Below, piece by piece: positions 58,362-64,000 of a DNA stretch of 64,000 bases. The notes under the pieces were generated by a model, which ran no database searches, was not told the origin of the DNA, and saw only the letters and a list, made by a program, of their open reading frames with translations. Made by a program: the position numbers and the translations under genes. Source of the DNA: Amoebidium appalachense (lineage: Eukaryota; Protista; Ichthyosporea); the NCBI GenBank assembly GCA_963693365.1, contig CAVNZM010000014.1, forward strand, positions 124,001 through 188,000, given 5' to 3'. How positions within the stretch are numbered: the first letter of the stretch is position 1; each line of letters starts with the position of its first letter.

Positions 58362-59309
58362 AAAAAAAAACTCGGGTACTGTGGATGACGTGGGCACCTC
58401 CTGAGGATGGGCTCTGCTTATTATGCATACTCTTTATGTATGGTTTGCACTCTATATCCTGTTATCCGTTGGTCATGTGTACTACGTACTTTATGACGCA
58501 TTCAAACCCCCCCCCCCCCCCCCCCCCCCCCCCCGTTTTGCTCACCTTGCTTGCATAAGCAACCCTGCTCGTCTTTGATCAAGACGGGTTGACCCTCCCA
58601 AGTTCAGTTGATGCTGCTGTCTGAGTTGGAGAGTCGTATATATGCGGGCTAAGGGGTCGAAACTCAGACGCAATTGATGACTTGGGCCCTCCCTGAGGAT
58701 GGGCTCTGCTTATGACGCATACTGCGCGCATGGCTATGTTGCATACTTGAATGTTTGCCTTTGCATGTGTCCTTCGTGTATGCGTACTTCGTACCGTGTT
58801 CCGCATTCAACCCCCCCCCCTCCCCCCTGCTTTTCTCAGAAGTCATCTGTGAGGGCCCCTCTGCCGAAGCTTAAATGTCACACCCACACATGCACCCTCT
58901 TGTTTTTGACCACCCTGCCTTGCCCCCCCCCCCCCCCCCCCCCCCACCCCAAAAAAAAAGAAAGAAAAAAAGAAGAAAAGAAAAGAAAACGTGCACCCAC
59001 ACAGCGGCATACGCAAACGCACACAGGCACACACGTGTGCAGGCATACCTCCTGCACATGCACGGGTGTACACAGACAAAACGCACAGAGATATACACAC
59101 ATGCAGGCATGTGCGCGCGCACACACACTGACCTCATCCCTTCCCCCCCCCTCCCCCCCCTCCCCCCCCCCCCCCCCCCCCCCCCCTCCCCAACACACAC
59201 ACACAAACACGCACGACCGAGTGAAACCAGTTTTTACGTCACTTCTTTCTCAGTCTTGGAGAAAAAACACACTTTCTTCCTCAGCGCCCCCCCCCCCCCC
59301 CCCCCCTTC

Positions 59310-59345
<36 letters not shown>

Positions 59346-59482
59346 TCCCCCTCCCCCCTCCCCCCAGATCTGACTTCCTATCCTCGATTTTCTGCATCCT
59401 ACCCCCCCCCCCCACCCCCCACCCCACCCACTCACCTCCTGTACGTCTGTGCCCCATGGCTTACCACCTCTTCCACCCCCCT

Positions 59483-59513
<31 letters not shown>

Positions 59514-60282
59514 CAGGTGGCCGGCAATCTAGACAAAAGCCTTCTAGACAGTTCCATGGCTGGGTTCCAACTCCTCAGCGAGACACGCTATCTCCTAAAA
59601 TGGACTGCTGCAAAACACGTGCGCGTGAGCTTTGTGCAGACAGACACAGACACAGAGCCTGCAAGCACACACTCAAACGACACCCAGTCAACACACACAA
59701 TCACACCTACAAGCAGCTTCACTTTAGAAAAGAGTTTACCCTCACGACGCAACTCGCACTATGTCGATTCTGGTTGCGGTGATAGGAAATCACCTGATGG
59801 AAGGTCTGAACTAGCGCTACCTATGTTGCATCAGTATGCGGCCGACTATAATTCTGAATTTGTGAAATACAAGGATGTGCACGTGTTCTTGTTTAACGAT
59901 CTTGTGCTGATTGTTAAACACGTGGCTAGGAGATATGTGGCTCTGTCTGTGCCGCTCTATCTGAAGTCCTTGGTCGTCTACGAGTGCGAGGTGTGCCCCC
60001 CTCCCCCCCTTCCCTCTCTCCCTTTCTCTCTTTCTCCCTCTCTCTCTCTCTCCCTCCCCCTCCCCCTTCCCCACCCTCCTCCACTTTTTCTTCTTGGTCT
60101 TTTGCGTTTGGTGTTACAAGTCCATTCTAGGTGCACGCATGCCCCCAAAACCACGGCCAGCGCACCAGCCCTCCTCTACCCCTCAACCGTGTTGTATGTT
60201 TGTGTTCTAGATCATCGCCACTAATACCCGCATACACAACATGCACATGCTCACACACAAACACACACACAAACACACAAAC

Positions 60283-60320
<38 letters not shown>

Positions 60321-60358
60321 CGTAAGCAAACACACACACATATGCGAGCGCGCGCGTG

Positions 60359-60429
<71 letters not shown>

Positions 60430-61104
60430 ACTCGCTCGCATCACACACACACACTGTCACTCACTCACATGACACACCGCACACACACACACACGTGCAT
60501 GCACACACGAGCAAGACACCCGCACGCCGCACACAGACCCACACGCACATCTTCCTCCAGTTGCTCCCCACCCATCCCCTCACCCTCCACCCCCCCCTTG
60601 AGATTGGGCTCCGCTTATGATGCATATTCCTTTCCTTTCATTGCTTTTCAATCTGCACTGTGTTGCCCGTCATGTGCTCAGGAACACATTCTTAACCCCC
60701 CTCCACCCCCCCCCCCTTCCCTCTCTCCCTCCCTCCCTCCTTCCCGCCGGGGAGGGAACCCACCGTACGGATTGAGCTGAACTAAATAACCCCCCCCCCC
60801 CCCCCCCCTCCTTCCCCCACCCCACCCCCCCCCCCCCCCCCCCCCCCACCCCCTGCACATGCACACAGACAAGTGCGTGCGCACGCACACACGCACACAC
60901 ACACACACATGCACACACACACACACATGCACACACACACATGCACACACACACACACACACAGCCACCCATGTATCAGGCAAGCCACAAGTTCCGTCTT
61001 GTGTTTGGCGACTACCAATACGTGCTCAAGGTGGGGGGGCCGGAGGAGAGGAACGAATGGGTCACACAGACAATAGGTGCCACGGAGTGGCTGGATACAG
61101 TGGA

Positions 61105-61198
<94 letters not shown>

Positions 61199-61650
61199 GG
61201 TGGGTGGGTGTGGGTGGGTGGTTGGGTCAGTGGTGGGGTTATAGGTGGGTGGGCGGTGGGTGCTTCCATGCTGGTGTGTGTGTGTGAATTTAGGTGTGTT
61301 TGTGTGTCTGCTTGTGCCTGTGTGACTGTGTGTCTGCAAATATGTGTGTGTGTGTAAGTGCTGTGTGCGCGCATGTGGCATGGGGGCGTGGGCAGGTGTG
61401 TGGGCAGACAATAATATGGTAGATGAGAATGTACTGTGTTATCCAGTGCGCAAATGTGCATCCTACCTACCTCCTAACCCATCATACCCCCCCAGCTACA
61501 CTTGGACTCTGTCAGCCCCGGACAGTCGCAATGCGCAGACGCGGTCAGCCAGTGTGCCGTTTAGGAGCACCGCCCTGCCCAGCGACCAGGAGGTGCATGA
61601 TCTGCTGGGTGTGCCACTGGAGGTGAGTTTCGCGCGCGCGCGCGCGCGCG

Positions 61651-61703
<53 letters not shown>

Positions 61704-61706
61704 TTG

Positions 61707-61748
<42 letters not shown>

Positions 61749-62508
61749 CATGGTTTGCCGTTTCTGGTGAAGCCCTGAAAAGGGTTTGAGCTATGCCCTT
61801 TTCACGACATGGTATGAAGTGGGCCGTCTTTTCCTGCCTCTCTCTGTCCCCCTCCCTCCCTTCTTCCCTCCGTCCCTCCCTGGCTGCCTGCCTCCTTCCC
61901 TCCCTCAGCCCCTCCCTCCCTCCCTTCCCCCCCTCCCTCCCTCCCTTCCCCGCTCCCTCCCTCCCTTCCTCACTCCCTCCCTCCCTCTGGCTCTCTCACT
62001 TGCTTTCCCTCTCCCTCTCTTCTCCCCCCCTCTCCCCCCCCCCCCCCCCCCCCGCCCCCTCCTCCTCCTCCCGCACATATACACACAACAGCAACCCCCT
62101 ACTCTTTCACACCCTATTTAAATCCTACAGACTAGAGATTGCCTGGATCCCACCCACATCACATCTCTTGTTCTCCACTTGCGAATGAGCTCTGCCTCCC
62201 CACCCCCCCTCCCCCCCCCCCCCCCCCCCCCACCCCATCATTACTTGATACTATTTATGTAAATATTTTCAATTAATTTATGTAAATATTTTCAATTAAT
62301 TTTTCACTTTTTTGAATCAGGCGGACAGCAAAGGGCAGTGTGAGGGCTCAGGGGATGATGTTGGGTCGAGCAGTCAGGCCACAGCCACAGTGAGCACAGA
62401 GGTGATACCAGTCAGCCCTCGGGGGGACACGGAGGAGGGAGAAGGTGCGTGGGTGTGTGTGTGGGTGTCTGGTGGGTGTGTGTGGGTGGGTGAGTGGGTA
62501 GGTGTGTG

Positions 62509-62546
<38 letters not shown>

Positions 62547-63276
62547 TGTGTGTCTGTCTGTGCGTGTGTGGGGAGGGTGGAGTTGGGTGGGTGGGTTCCT
62601 GTTGGCATGTATTTATTTGTGTTTTGTGTGTTGGTGTTGGCACAAAGGCACGTGTTTCCTTGTTTGAGGGCTTGCAGTGTGCGTCAATGCCAGTTGTCTA
62701 GTGTGTGCTCGCACGTGAGGTGGTTTTCGGATATGCTGCAGGTGTGGTGCACACCCATATCTGTGTTTTGTTTTTCCAGTGGTTTGTTTGTTTTGCTTAT
62801 CGTTTCTCCTGTGTTGTTTGGCTTGGTTTGGGTTTTCCTGTGTTTTACGTTTAGAAACATAGTGCTGTTCACCACATTCTCATTTCCTCTCCCCCACCCC
62901 CCCGCCCCCTCTCTCTCTTCCTTTTTCCTCCTCCGCCCCCTTCCCCTCTACAGGCGACAATGAAATCGAAGACACTTTCTCCCTAGACACGCCCAGTGGA
63001 CTTCACCCTAGACCACACAGTGCCAGTGATCCTCTCCGATCGAGTGTGTTTGTGGTGGCCCCCCCAGACAAGAAGACATCTATCAGCCGATCTAGGAGCA
63101 ACTCCAACAACAACAGGGGAATGGCTGGTACGTGTGCCCGTGTGTTTTTTGTTGTTTGCCTTTTTTTTTGTTTGTTTTGTTTTGTTTTGTTTTGTTTGGG
63201 GGGGGGGGAGGGGGGGGTAGGGGGTTAGTGGGGGGCCAGGGCAGAAGGAAGTGGGGGTGAGCTGTTTTGTGTGTGT

Positions 63277-63317
<41 letters not shown>

Positions 63318-63611
63318 CTTCGGCGTGGGTATGGGCTTGGAGGTGTGTGTGTGCATGTGTGTGTGTGCGCGCGCGTTTGTGCGTGTGTCTGTGTGTCTTT
63401 CTTCCTGCCCGCTCTCCTTTGTCGTACTGGGGCCGTATGGAGGTCGAAGATATAATCTAGCTGTTGCCAGGGGTTACCCCAAGTTTCTTCACTCAATTTT
63501 TGAATGATCAATTAAGAGAATACTTGTGGCTGTACCCGTTGCCCCCCTCCCCATATCACACCAGCGTATGTCTGCTTCTGGCATTCCACTCCCCACTCCC
63601 CCCTCCCTCCT

Positions 63612-63644
<33 letters not shown>

Positions 63645-63754
63645 ATCTTCTCCTCCTCCTCCCCGTTTGCTTTCTCCCCAGATAGCATGTGCTTTACTAA
63701 CCACCCCCTCCCCATCTCCCTCTCAAGACACACAAAGACACACCATGAGACACG

Positions 63755-63836
<82 letters not shown>

Positions 63837-63894
63837 TGGGGGGGAGGATGGGCAGGTCAACGCCATGTATCTGAATGTGGGGGGGAGGATGTGA
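56906..63894 (+). CDS. PH-domain-containing protein with low-complexity Ser-rich regions; both ends uncertain
   Basis: Phase-consistent exons 56906-56979, 57428-57541, 58242-58305, 59517-59990, 60980-61107, 61496-61622, 62321-62444, 62954-63127, 63836-63894. PH-like motifs [18 protein letters not shown] and EERNEWV resemble the PH domains of RhoGEF-type proteins, but no DH domain was seen. Confidence 0.7.
58368..58506 (+). mobile_element. 5'-truncated copy (subfamily 2), in tandem upstream of the full copy
   Basis: AAACTCGGGTACTGTGGATGACGTGGGC...CTGAGGATGGGCTCTGCTT...GCATTCAAA-C(n). Confidence 0.88.
58535..58810 (+). mobile_element. Full-length copy of ~270-nt intronic structured repeat (subfamily 1)
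   Basis: Nearly identical (about 2-3 differences) to the reverse complement of 22967-23242. Flanked by poly-C on both sides and ends CATTCAA-C(n). Confidence 0.9.
60599..60695 (+). mobile_element. 5'-truncated, highly diverged copy of the same repeat
   Basis: TGAGATTGGGCTCCGCTTATGATGCATA...CATTCTTAA-C(n), in a PH-gene intron. Confidence 0.65.
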
Positions 63895-64000
63895 TGATCT
63901 TTCAGGAGACGATGATCGACACGAAGCGCCAGCTCTATGTGGTTCGTGTGCAGTCCCCCTTTCCCATTGGTTCATTTACCTCCAATCAGATGCTGCCCAC

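Noticed and set aside
58576-58700. Box C/D snoRNA or tRNA-SINE reading of the dispersed repeat (TGATCA..CTGA..TGATGA..CTGA; TGTCTGAGTTGG..GGTCGAAAC)
   Set aside because: The boxes are imperfect, lie within covarying helices, and the A-box-like motif is ~80 nt from the 5' end. I identified no exact rRNA guide. The reading is not formally excluded.

Overview
Intron-rich eukaryotic genomic DNA. The taxon is not determined; the ankyrin-CLPB fusion suggests a holozoan-like lineage. Introns and intergenic DNA are saturated with (CA)n/(GT)n and poly-C/poly-G tracts, so nearly all ORFs in the supplied track are artefacts. Reading exons by hand gives six spliced genes: mitochondrial CLPB/Skd3 (+, 17 exons), RPS18 (-), a DOMON/copper monooxygenase (MOXD1/DBH-like, -), D2HGDH (+, 17 exons, with three identical tRNA-Ala(UGC) genes in one intron), a PAP16/DCR2-like metallophosphoesterase (-) and a PH-domain protein (+). 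Two MITE-like elements and several minisatellites are also present. The most notable unexplained signal is a ~270-nt dispersed element with 10 copies or fragments. It occurs only inside or immediately 5' of genes, always sense to the host, is 5'-truncated, and always ends in a C-run. Its two subfamilies show compensatory base changes that support a pseudoknotted RNA fold, and they contain all three hammerhead-ribozyme core segments in a non-canonical order. Splice acceptors largely lack U-rich tracts and often sit directly on (CA)n.
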